The position numbers and the translations under genes were made by a program. DNA of 64,000 nt from Verrucomicrobiota bacterium. GTDB lineage: Bacteria; Verrucomicrobiota; Verrucomicrobiia; Opitutales; Cerasicoccaceae. Location: assembly GCA_039818205.1 (NCBI GenBank), contig JBCBUK010000001.1:416001-480000 (forward strand), written 5' to 3'. Under the pieces are notes generated by a model. The model was not told where the DNA came from, did no database searches, and saw only the letters and a list, made by a program, of their open reading frames with translations. This document shows positions 9,001 through 15,722 of this stretch, piece after piece; the first letter of the stretch is position 1; each line of letters opens with the position of its first letter.

Positions 9001-10736
9001 CTTCCGAGCGTTGCGACAACACCGCCTACGTTGGCGGACCCTTGAAGATTGGCGACGTTTAATGCAGCGGTGGCGAAGAAGCGGAAGCCTTCGCCCTGTC
9101 CGACATCCAACCAAACGGAATCCGCATTGGCGTTGTCGATGTCGGAGGCGTCGAGAACAATGCGGAAACTGATATCGGCGGCGAGTTCGATGTCGAAATC
9201 AGAATCAAGTGTCAGCTCAGCACCACCAAGCACATCGGCAGCGGCTCCGAAATCCAATGAAGCCTGACGGTTGACGGTCGGCTTGCTCGAAAAGTCTATA
9301 TAGTACTCCTGATTTTGGAAGCTGTAGCCACCGGTGAAGGTGGTGAACTCGGCAACATCGACGCCGAGGTTGCTGGCCGCCCAGTCATTGAGCGAAGAAA
9401 CAACTCCTCCCAAAGTCGGATCAGCCGTCGTATCAAGGTAATCATTGAGGTCAGAGGCGAAGGCGAAGAAATCGCTCACGCCGTTTTCTAGACCGAGAAA
9501 ATCATTGAGTGACTTACGAATCAGCGGAATCTCGGTCTCCGCAGCTTGCAAGTCAGCAAATTGATCACCGAGTGCATCGACTTGATCAACCAGTTCGCGG
9601 AAGTCCGCAACCAAATCGGGGATCAGGGCGATGTCGAAAACCACGTTAGGTTCATCGTCAGAAAACAAGAAATCCGAGCTGATCATCAGTCTCGGTTTTC
9701 CTAAGGCGCCCAGACCGGGCAGTTCTTGATCGATGAGGAGTTGAGCTTCGAATTCGCCATTGGCGGTAATCTCAACCGTCTCTGCGAAATTCGCTGCAGT
9801 AATCGCATCGAGTTCCGCTTGGGATAGGATTCCATCGTCGTCACTATCAGCATCGCCCAAATTCAAGGAGATGTTGGCGTCACGCAATTGAGCAAAGCCA
9901 CTACTAGTGGCCGCCAAATCGCTCTGGCCCTCCGGAGCAGCCAAGGTCAAATTCTGACTATAATCCGCCTCATCGGCAGTAAGCTGGTAGTTCCATGAGC
10001 CGATCTCTAAATAGAACTCTGGATCAACTCCAGGCTGAGCCATTTGGGTGACGTTTGAGATGCCAAACGCAAAGTTCAGTTGATAGGCCGTCTCTAACTC
10101 AATCGTATCACCCGATCCTTCCGAAATGCCAAAGTCATCCAAACCGCTTCCAAAATCCGCCATTTCTTGGGACAAGCGACTCGCTGAAACACTGACGTCG
10201 AAGTGAAGCTGATCATCATCTTCGTAGTAAGCCCCTTGGCTAACGTTGACATCAAAGTCGAGTGGACCATTCGCATCCGAGAACTCATCCGCCGTATCAA
10301 GGTTCTCTAGGAATGTCGAAAAATCGGAAACGTCGAGTGTACCATCCGGATTAAACTCGCCCAAACGATCCTGAAACTGCTGACCGAAAGTGTCGCTAAA
10401 GTCCAACTGATCAGCGACGCCATCGGATCCCTCGAAACCGGCCAACTCCTGTTGGAAGAGGCTCGAGGCATCCACCAGGTTGCCGACGTTCTCCAAAGAC
10501 TGCAGGCCATCTTGCAGTTCGGTGTGGGCCTCTTGGGTAATGACGAAATCGAAATCCGGCGTCCCAGTCGGTGTCGCCGACAACAGGATACGAGGCTCGA
10601 GCTGATCGAGTTCGAACCGACGACGCCTTGGTCCCTGGGCGCGCTTCGCTTTCTTGCGAACCGATTTTGAAGGTTTAGAGAACGGCCAGCCATTCTGGCA
10701 CTTGCCAAAACAACCCTGAGAGCGGTTTTTCTTCAT
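3..10736 (-). CDS. Giant secreted LEPR-XLL leader protein with RTX Ca-binding repeats (3' end outside window, at least 3578 aa)
   Basis: Manual translation from ATG at 10736 gives MKKNRSQGCFGKCQNGWPFSKPSKSVRKKAKRAQGPRRRRFELDQLEPRILLSATP. The same frame reads as acidic protein at every point checked, down to base 3 (...DDDVNTIALLDSSLITAAE). The ORF track lists no ORF in this frame, consistent with no stop before the edge. GGxGxD repeats lie at about 3300-3645. Confidence 0.93.
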   Translation of the reverse strand, partial: MKKNRSQGCFGKCQNGWPFSKPSKSVRKKAKRAQGPRRRRFELDQLEPRILLSATPTGTPDFDFVITQEAHTELQDGLQSLENVGNLVDASSLFQQELAGFEGSDGVADQLDFSDTFGQQFQDRLGEFNPDGTLDVSDFSTFLENLDTADEFSDANGPLDFDVNVSQGAYYEDDDQLHFDVSVSASRLSQEMADFGSGLDDFGISEGSGDTIELETAYQLNFAFGISNVTQMAQPGVDPEFYLEIGSWNYQLTADEADYSQNLTLAAPEGQSDLAATSSGFAQLRDANISLNLGDADSDDDGILSQAELDAITAANFAETVEITANGEFEAQLLIDQELPGLGALGKPRLMISSDFLFSDDEPNVVFDIALIPDLVADFRELVDQVDALGDQFADLQAAETEIPLIRKSLNDFLGLENGVSDFFAFASDLNDYLDTTADPTLGGVVSSLNDWAASNLGVDVAEFTTFTGGYSFQNQEYYIDFSSKPTVNRQASLDFGAAADVLGGAELTLDSDFDIELAADISFRIVLDASDIDNANADSVWLDVGQGEGFRFFATAALNVANLQGSANVGGVVATLGSDTESASLDLALDLNIGLADSAGDGRLTLTELRAADYLVNPTANGSIELILPLSVSGESARLSIIDADLFDFVDAEISTSGFENLIPALISDLTDIAFQYLLDLADELQQVFADFNFQDILDTEILGTNLTLNQLFSGLDRYLEVGDALERYLEQFDPTTWQTGDALPTLPEIIDFLSNEWLSFISEDDFALTWSVTTSGVAFAFRANNTATRTARLALGEEAENLGLTLDGTVDFDLDFTVDFDFGVDFNTGATSFNLNEFSVGAGADSQDLTFDAAVGPLAVGVGQGAEKGTAAIDLTGGFSYTGGAFSPIFDGNVDINLPISASLGSVDLSEGTDLRVTAAGKLFPGAGESGVDVQANGFDRLTDFSRFEVSDLFVALDDISLWLSDVVGYDIFDVEIPFAGVNLGDVVDFAESFNEGYLSKLDLSNVTNLQEFFVEVANKLVLPDGAQVSYDAVENQIILPIRYSASLTPFDNLPLDLGLDLSDADLFELTTEAIASLGIDVNAAVDLVFDLDGADNNSDFEILVQGARLSADTKLDVEDFVAKARLGSLGLTIGEGVDGSGVHLDASVVAALDLDGDLNTTNDQSFGLRELVRNTFRDAFYFDYSGAASAQLQGIKVDSDFGDLFVNESETIGISISDLSDLSTATTVLPDLGSLLDVKNITFDNVVAALQVGLSFVEDSLSDTPLYDARLPGLDVTLEEVFDFTSELAQQIQAAADQEGGLIQGFETIIEDALGLADDDFELSIDNDVLKVDVDWSRMVSSLVTFNLDLSAIKDISGADNLDYLDNIEQLTDLVGVGASADLQLWGKIEAILNLGIDLKSLTSPGGPDVFLYDYSAATGEGTRLTLGTRVIGTGLDLGFKVGPLNLAVADGQIIIDRDGSSITDDDFAELSIFLTGAGTPGDDGKYRVSESISDNIIWELLGSVHIELPLLMTIGETSLELDPIVIQTNPFYGDQALMTLLQQLASKEPLPENEPPAVVFDFGNVVGTFEAFGGDFSILALLNDPVYIVDGVDLALGAVEDVLRGGLAQNIPLMGERLYSLSDFILDIRRGFVAELKQTLDETQPAEFIRDALVTVLGTRLGVLRDRNGNNIADEGDVALRWRLDDGSTEAWVEDELPPLDAEALEFDFQLGGTVLNTGVDIPIDFDLPGIGLDIDGGVSVELDWELDFGFGLSVQDGFFLTLNDPTDAANSGDPTGDPELRVDVAVYLDGSPTNPSAITPFSGSGSLGFLELAVSDLNPGQSGLFGTLNVDLKSGTNERNRLTLDSIISAREVSDVIELDYNVAANVDLGLQLSVPEANFIPKLVGELRFDMSYDDDTGLSAPNLRITNLGVDAGSLVTDFLQPTVIEIAKNLEPFRGFIDALLNPIPELVDIGFEEDDANILGIINFVNNLEGRDQIDWSFVYAAQNMLTLPDRINQLFQLDGSGKPTGVILLGDITGLATGDVQWTSKFSTVGSSTLSEGLVQIEEESLGGGEATAERRGFQFLEYITDIGNWAKLLQGEDATLFTYEMPLLEVEFSFDKIIGRFAAGPVPIEIAAFGGFKATADLAFGYDTFGARKALENNNYAWLLDGFFLSDFGLDGTEDQPEFIIDANIGLKGGVGVGIAGAGAAGEIIFRGEIDLNDINDDGKIRGSEVATLFNYTPPDIDGNVPEDNGVFDLEDLGGLLNLVDLSAELRARIFLFAYVDLLVVEQDWELTLAEFDLFNWSFEAPDVEPVLAHREADGTLYLHTGSRAGMRLYIDTEDGGEAYTLSGSGGTVTVQYGEYTTTYFNVNKVVADGGEGDDTFDASGLSGVAVEFDGGVGDDVLIAGTRSGSILRGGVGDDELDGSRSVGGIRIEGAAGDDDIFGGSGGDVLIGGSGADRIEAGAGWDAIFGGTGDDSLDGGTGIDTFYFGNNFGDDRLKDDSGGILDFSAVTTDLVADIGRSRSEFITDGGYVSTGSSPFAEVRTRLGSFDMTVAIATSAFEREAVIDQLSRALQGLSADLIGFKQSFTAAVQEILTQAIPGTNATLGDLTDVTVFTQLGDYIDHYLFRSLNPNQPFPADDPIPFSEDEEPSIGGLLSYLEANWFSQLFGGALLGAAPLKVTFQRTDGKITGFTFGIDDEVTYSRSAALVLGDEALALGLTAEETASLDLDVTADLDFTIAVGWADNMPIGSLTVDKFDFTVEVDRSDIELPARVGDLAVNLGQSSAQLGSFDLDVNGSLTLAEGVYGVSADSSLDINLPIYAELAGTAIHDLTANQPRIRLNGDVFDGQLGSAVSFNAENFQEFAYFAELAVADLNELFQTVGQWGETLQQDDFLSAHIPMLGASIGDIFGFDDAFKTNVLSLIDFDTIDTVQDFVSALQTAVPATVASYDGATRQLKVELDIPLALGELDQFDLGATGADADLISDLVRDALAELSGAVNAHLTFVADLDGFSGTEGLSFRNEILITAFASGLEFDSLIGDLEVSIGTPGDLGSASLSLNGSTTLVLASDTIDTNSTGAFDINLPVFAELAGQDVTLGQDARIRYSGDLLPSTSGPLNLENFDNLRDFAQLRVGDFETQLNAIKDEWLATVNETELFNKRVPYLEKSLGEVLDFGFAFELLVLSQIDFEAAGTLQALASEINASGVLLEGEQVGYNPVTQEIVLPIDFTLDLHRFSLEDFDALGLLDLNFLTTEGLLDPSAALFGSVDLTSEKLMLLLASGALTPDQLFAQARTQSAQSLIGDGITTIDALISAGIVSDTLSITQLISAGLVTDADLSASDLVDDRTVSIEELLRTSLTTFDDLVAAGVLGDTGIAAADLVSAGLTTNTALTNAGIDLNNPVTISSILANNLIEYGELVGAGFATETIAATTLVDEVALVFSDLIAEDLMVDEIDALTVINASLASFADLVGAGQLSDRVLTTGLVDEGLTSYDALISGGYLAASAFNQITLAGIDSSVLRLQDYLDLGAVTREQLFGTVESFTVTQLTTGTALTQAELESAGLVGPDDDVNTIALLDSSLITAAE
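3301..3644 (-). repeat. RTX (hemolysin-type Ca2+-binding) nonapeptide repeats within the giant protein
   Basis: GGEGDDTFD, GGVGDDVLI, GGVGDDELD, GAAGDDDIF, GGSGGDVLI, GGSGADRIE, AGAGWDAIF, GGTGDDSLD, GGTGIDTFY. Confidence 0.9.
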
Positions 10737-11138
10737 AGGAAAATCAAAAATATAGCAGAGAGAGGCGGAATGATTAGATGATAATCAGCCCCGAAAGAAG
10801 GGGCTATTGAGTCGCGATCATCAACCACTTTTATGTTACGAAAGTGAAAATAAAATCCTCTAATACGTCACATAAATAAACAAAAACGACACAAACGTCT
10901 CAATAGCTCAACCTGCTATCCTTCAATATTTTACGTAACTCAATTCCCCACTCACCTGCGATTTCGACCGATGAATGGTTCGAATCAAAACCAACCATGC
11001 ATCGCGGGGATTTTCAAAGCGCCGAACTCCGGGCGGTCAGCAATTTTCCATTGCTAGCGCAATGAAAAACTATTGATTCAGGGCATTTACATTAAAACCT
11101 GGGTGAAACAGGCTATTTTCAAGTACCCTTAGGTAATT

Positions 11139-11939
11139 CTATCGTTCCGCCTGTACCGTAGATATCTTAGTCGGTTCGAGGGATTTCGTTCGGTCGAGCA
11201 CAACCCGGAAGCCGTAGACGGGTAAGCGAATATAGGAGATATTCCCAACACGATTATGGTGCATCATGTCCGATGGCTCATGCATTCTCCATGAGCCTCC
11301 TTTAAGCACGCGCATATCCGGAGCGCCCTCGTAATAGTCCGAGCACCATTCCCAGACGTTGCCGCCCATATCGTAGAACCCAAGTTCATTCGGCGAGAAA
11401 CTACCGACCGGTGCGGTTTGTTCAAAACCATCAATTTGCAATTGCTGGCCATAGTTCCCCGACCCTTCAGGCGGTGGCCATTCTTTTCCCCATGGGAAGG
11501 CAATCTCGCGGTTAAAACTAGTCCGCGATTTCTTGGATTCATCGACCACAACACCGGCGGCAGCCAACCATTCGGCTTCGGTCGGGAGTCGGTAAAAATC
11601 ACCCTCACCAATGAGCTCTGCCTCCTGCTCTGAGCGCGTCAACCATCGACAGAACAGATTGGCATCTTCCCAGGAGACATAGACCGCGGGCTCATTATCA
11701 GTTTGTTCAAAATAAGGCTTCGACCAACGCAAACCAGTGGCTTCAACAAAGCCCTGGTAGTCGCTAACACGAGTTTCCCAGATGCACATAAGCACGCCCG
11801 GCTCAAGCTCGACAAAGGCCATCTGTAATGAGTTTGACCAATCAGCTACCGCTCGTTCCTCTGCGTCAGCCGCAGTCGTCGAAGCAATCGAAGCAACGAT
11901 TGCGGCTAGGCAAAAACGGTAAAGACGACGGATCATCAT
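11139..11939 (-). CDS. Secreted FGE-sulfatase/SUMF1-fold protein
   Basis: Signal peptide; motifs PAVYVSWEDA, YRLPTEAEW, FPWG, PVGSFSPNELGFYDMGGNVWEW, RVLKGGSW, YGFRVV. Confidence 0.88.
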   Translation of the reverse strand: MMIRRLYRFCLAAIVASIASTTAADAEERAVADWSNSLQMAFVELEPGVLMCIWETRVSDYQGFVEATGLRWSKPYFEQTDNEPAVYVSWEDANLFCRWLTRSEQEAELIGEGDFYRLPTEAEWLAAAGVVVDESKKSRTSFNREIAFPWGKEWPPPEGSGNYGQQLQIDGFEQTAPVGSFSPNELGFYDMGGNVWEWCSDYYEGAPDMRVLKGGSWRMHEPSDMMHHNRVGNISYIRLPVYGFRVVLDRTKSLEPTKISTVQAER

Positions 11940-12110
11940 TTACGTTATTGAGAGCTTTACCCGAGGAATTCAATCGCAAAAGGAATTCCTTGCCGACCGA
12001 AACCGGTACGTTACATTTCCAAATTCTCTGTGTCGGTCATTGACCTGCCCGGCAATGATATCAGTTTACTGTTCCGGTTTACCAATCGCCCTTTCGCCTC
12101 CTGCTGATAG

Positions 12111-13559
12111 ATGAAATTAACATCATCCAACGTGCCGCAACTAAGCGGGCAATCCGCCGACTTCTCAATCGAGGCGGTTTCTGACCAGTTGGCCAAGAAG
12201 GAATCGCGTCAGGCCTTGAACGCAGTTGATCTTTGTCTGATGCTCAACGATGAGGACCGATTCCTCAAGGCAGCGATGCTCCTCTGCAACGAAATCAATG
12301 CGAGATTTCGGTGCGTTCAAGTGGGTTTGGGTATTTTCCGCGGCGGCCATGCGAAACTGGCAGCGTTGAGCAATACACAACGCTTTGACCGCAAAAGCGA
12401 ATTGGTTCGGCGGATGCAATACGCGATGGAGGAAGCAGCCGACCAAGACGAAGAAACAATTTATCCTCGCCCCCGCGAAGACAGCTTCATCTACCGCGAA
12501 CTTGAGAAATACGTTACGGTGGCCGGGATGGAAGCGGGAGCGACCCTGCCCCTTCGCCACAATGGAGAAATTTTCGGCGTTATCCTATTAGAACGTCGCG
12601 ACGAACGCTTTACGCCCGACGAACTCTTTGCCTTGCGCTTAATCGTCGATGTAAATGCCCGGCTTGTTTATGACCTCGAGCGCCGAGATCAATGGATTGG
12701 ACGCCGCTGGGCACGCGGCGCCCGTAAGACTGCCGCGTGGGTTTTTGGATTTGAGCATACCTGGACTAAGATTGGTATTCTGTGCGGCATCGGAGTCATC
12801 GCTTTCCTTATTTTCTATCAGTGGTTTTACCGTGTTGAAGCGGACTTCAGTCTTAAGGCCCAAACCGTTCTGAATATACCAGCGCCATTCGATGGCTTCA
12901 TTGAAGGCGTCGCGGTGGACCTTGGAGACACCGTCAGCCCAAACGCGCCATTGCTTCACCTTGATCGCCAGCAACTTCTTCTCGAGGAGGCCGAAATCGA
13001 AAGCCGTATTAGCCGATACGTTGCCGAAGCCGAAGCTGCCCATAGCCAAGGCCAGTTTAGTGAAGCACAGATTGCCCGCATGCAAGTTCGAGAGGAAGAA
13101 GCGGAACTCGCGATCATACAACACCGTTTGTCTAAGGCCGACTTGATCGCGCCATTCGAAGGGTTCGTGATGGAAGGTGATCTACGCGAGCGCATCGGTG
13201 CTCCGGTTAATCGAGGCGAGCCGCTATACAAGCTAGCACGCATCGACAGCATGTCGGTGCGTATCGAGATTAAAGAAGAAGACATTCATGAGGTATCCGT
13301 TGGTTCAACCGGCGAGCTCGCGTTCGCTAGCCGACCAGAAGAGAAGTTCGCTTTTGTAATTGAAAGTATCGAACCGGCAGCGCAGACCCGACAAGAGGGC
13401 TCAATTTTCGTTGCCCGTGCCAGCTTCGAGGGTGAACCAGTTGAATGGTGGCGCCCGGGAATGCGCGGTGTGGCCAAAATTGACGTCGGAGACCGCAGTC
13501 TCATTTGGGTGCTCACGCACCGGTTGGTCGACTTCGTTCGCATGAAACTCTGGATTTAA
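12111..13559 (+). CDS. GAF-domain HlyD-family membrane fusion protein
   Basis: N-terminal GAF-like region (TLPLRHNGEIFGVILLER), one TM helix, lipoyl-like half motifs APFDGFI and APFEGFV flanking a coiled coil, C-terminal WRPGMRGVAKI. Confidence 0.85.
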   Translation: MKLTSSNVPQLSGQSADFSIEAVSDQLAKKESRQALNAVDLCLMLNDEDRFLKAAMLLCNEINARFRCVQVGLGIFRGGHAKLAALSNTQRFDRKSELVRRMQYAMEEAADQDEETIYPRPREDSFIYRELEKYVTVAGMEAGATLPLRHNGEIFGVILLERRDERFTPDELFALRLIVDVNARLVYDLERRDQWIGRRWARGARKTAAWVFGFEHTWTKIGILCGIGVIAFLIFYQWFYRVEADFSLKAQTVLNIPAPFDGFIEGVAVDLGDTVSPNAPLLHLDRQQLLLEEAEIESRISRYVAEAEAAHSQGQFSEAQIARMQVREEEAELAIIQHRLSKADLIAPFEGFVMEGDLRERIGAPVNRGEPLYKLARIDSMSVRIEIKEEDIHEVSVGSTGELAFASRPEEKFAFVIESIEPAAQTRQEGSIFVARASFEGEPVEWWRPGMRGVAKIDVGDRSLIWVLTHRLVDFVRMKLWI

Positions 13560-13565
13560 TCGAGC

Positions 13566-15722
13566 ATGCCGGAAAAGAAGACCTTCAGCGATTCGTGGTA
13601 CCGCATTGCAGACAAGCATGCGACGCTGCGGCATCAGGTCCAAACCGCAAAGCAGTATTTTCGCGGTGATCGCTGGTATGTCTTGCACGATCCGTTTCGT
13701 AACGAATTCTTCCGAGTCACCGAGCAAGCCTACCTCTTTATCGCCCGATTGACCTTAGACAAGACGATCGACGATGTCTGGCGCGAGTGCATGGAACGCC
13801 AGCCGGAACTCGCACCGGGTCAAGAAGAAGTCATCGATGTGCTGGCCCAACTCAACCAGGCCAATCTCATTCAATCAGATCTGCCGGCTAACAGCACCCA
13901 CCTGTTTGAACAGGCACGCAAGAATACCAAGAAAAAGATTCGTTCCCAGCTGATCAACTTCCTGTTCTTACGAATACCGGTATTTAACCCCGACGCCCTG
14001 CTGAATTTCCTCAAACCGTTGGGCAAACTTGCCATCAATCCTATCGGAGCCCTGGTTTGGCTCGGAGTTGTTGGTTGGGCGCTTAACCTCGTATTTTCGA
14101 ACTTTGAATCTGCAACCAATCAGGCATCTGGGTTTCTTTCCCCGCAGAACATACCCTGGATCCTAGTCGCCACGGTTTTGCTGAAAGCCATACACGAATT
14201 AGCCCATGGCATCGCCTGTAAACACTATGGTGGAAGCGTTCCGCAGTTTGGAATCATGCTGATGATCCTTATGCCGCTCCCGTATGTTGATGCGACTTCC
14301 AGTTGGTCGTTTCCCAACAAATGGAAGCGCATCGTTGTAAGTTCAGCCGGCATGATCGTCGAGATATTTGTCGCGGCAATAGCGACCATCATCTGGAGCG
14401 AAACTGGAGCCGGTATGGTCAACGCGGTCGCCTACAACGTTATGTTGATCGCATCGATCACAACGATTCTCTTCAACCTCAACCCGTTGTTGAAGTTTGA
14501 TGGGTACTACATTTTTTCTGACCTTTTCGGCCTGCCAAATTTGCAACAGCGCTCGATTGGCACCTTGCGCTTCCTGATGGAGTATTACTTGTTTGGTTAC
14601 AAAGATGCGATCTGCCCAGCGCGAGATTTCAATGAAGGCGTATGGCTCTCAATCTATGGCGTCGCCTCGGGCATTTACCGGGTCTTCCTCATGCTATCGA
14701 TTTCATTTTTGGTAGCCGAGCGTTTCTTCGAGATCGGTTTGCTATTGGGGATTTTTACCCTGCTGATGAACATCGTGCTGCCTCTGTTGAAGTTTATCCG
14801 ATATGTGTTCACGAATTCACAGCTATCCCGCAATCGGGCCCGCGCGATCATGGTTACGGGTCTAGTCTTTGGCTCGCTCGCATTTGCACTGACCCTGATT
14901 CCGGTTGAGGAACATTTTGTTGAACCCGGCATCGTTCGCAGTGAAGACCGCGCCGTTATTGGAGCGACTGATAGCGGTTATCTGACGGAAGTCATGCAAC
15001 CGACCGGGGTCTATGTCGAAGCGGGCACACCCCTCATGCAACTTCGCGACCCAGAACTTGCCCATGAGATAACGCAAGCAGAACTCGCAATTGAACGCAC
15101 CGAGACCACCCTCATGCAAGCGCAAGAGGACGAGTTCAGCTCTTTACGTCCTCTGCGTAGGCAGGTTCAGCTCGAACAGCAACGCCTCGATCGTCTACTT
15201 GAGCGCAAGGCCGAACAAACCATTCGCGCACCCATCAGCGGGCTGTGGACCTCACCGGACATCAACGCCATGGACGGTCTTTGGATTGGTCGCGGAGATG
15301 CCGTGGGGCACATTGTCAACCCGCAGGATTTGCGCTTCATCGCGGTTATCTCCCAAAGTGAAGCCGCGAATCTGTTTAACCGAAAAATCGAACGCGCAGA
15401 GATTCGCCTTTGGGGCCGTGCGGGCCAACCGCTCATGGCGACAGTGCAGCGTATCATCGAGGCCGAGCAAGCAGCATTGCCATCTCCCGCTCTCGGTTGG
15501 CAAGGAGGTGGTGAGGTTCGCGTCAAGCCCGACGACCCGGAAGGCCGTGAGGTCGTTGATCCCTTTTTCCGCCTCATTGCCGTCATTGAAAATCCCGAAG
15601 AGATAGGAATCGTTGCCAATGAGCAAACGGGCAAAATTCGACTGACAGTGGGCAAGCGCCCGCTCCTCTTTCAATGGGTGCACGACATCCGCCAACTCTT
15701 GCAGGAGCGTCTGAAGCTATGA
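13566..15722 (+). CDS. Site-2 (M50) metalloprotease fused to an N-terminal PqqD-like domain and a C-terminal HlyD/MFP domain
   Basis: HELAH zinc motif in a TM segment, NLNPLLKFDGYY (NPDG-type) motif, several TM helices, then a lipoyl/coiled-coil/IRAPISG MFP region. Confidence 0.88.
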   Translation: MPEKKTFSDSWYRIADKHATLRHQVQTAKQYFRGDRWYVLHDPFRNEFFRVTEQAYLFIARLTLDKTIDDVWRECMERQPELAPGQEEVIDVLAQLNQANLIQSDLPANSTHLFEQARKNTKKKIRSQLINFLFLRIPVFNPDALLNFLKPLGKLAINPIGALVWLGVVGWALNLVFSNFESATNQASGFLSPQNIPWILVATVLLKAIHELAHGIACKHYGGSVPQFGIMLMILMPLPYVDATSSWSFPNKWKRIVVSSAGMIVEIFVAAIATIIWSETGAGMVNAVAYNVMLIASITTILFNLNPLLKFDGYYIFSDLFGLPNLQQRSIGTLRFLMEYYLFGYKDAICPARDFNEGVWLSIYGVASGIYRVFLMLSISFLVAERFFEIGLLLGIFTLLMNIVLPLLKFIRYVFTNSQLSRNRARAIMVTGLVFGSLAFALTLIPVEEHFVEPGIVRSEDRAVIGATDSGYLTEVMQPTGVYVEAGTPLMQLRDPELAHEITQAELAIERTETTLMQAQEDEFSSLRPLRRQVQLEQQRLDRLLERKAEQTIRAPISGLWTSPDINAMDGLWIGRGDAVGHIVNPQDLRFIAVISQSEAANLFNRKIERAEIRLWGRAGQPLMATVQRIIEAEQAALPSPALGWQGGGEVRVKPDDPEGREVVDPFFRLIAVIENPEEIGIVANEQTGKIRLTVGKRPLLFQWVHDIRQLLQERLKL

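Noticed and set aside
379..10708. About 35 short ORFs listed by the track in the first 10.7 kb
   Set aside because: They are antisense or off-frame shadows of the giant minus-strand gene and show no recognisable motifs
11044..11069. Palindrome TTTTCCATTGC-TAGC-GCAATGAAAAA as a terminator
   Set aside because: No U-tract follows the stem on either strand; it may be an operator but nothing else supports that
11139..11939. FGE/C-type-lectin fold as a diversity-generating retroelement target
   Set aside because: No reverse transcriptase and no template repeat of its 3' end seen in the window
15674..15718. Upstream start for the SecA paralog given by the track
   Set aside because: It overlaps the M50 gene by 49 bp; ATG 15719 gives a standard ATGA coupling
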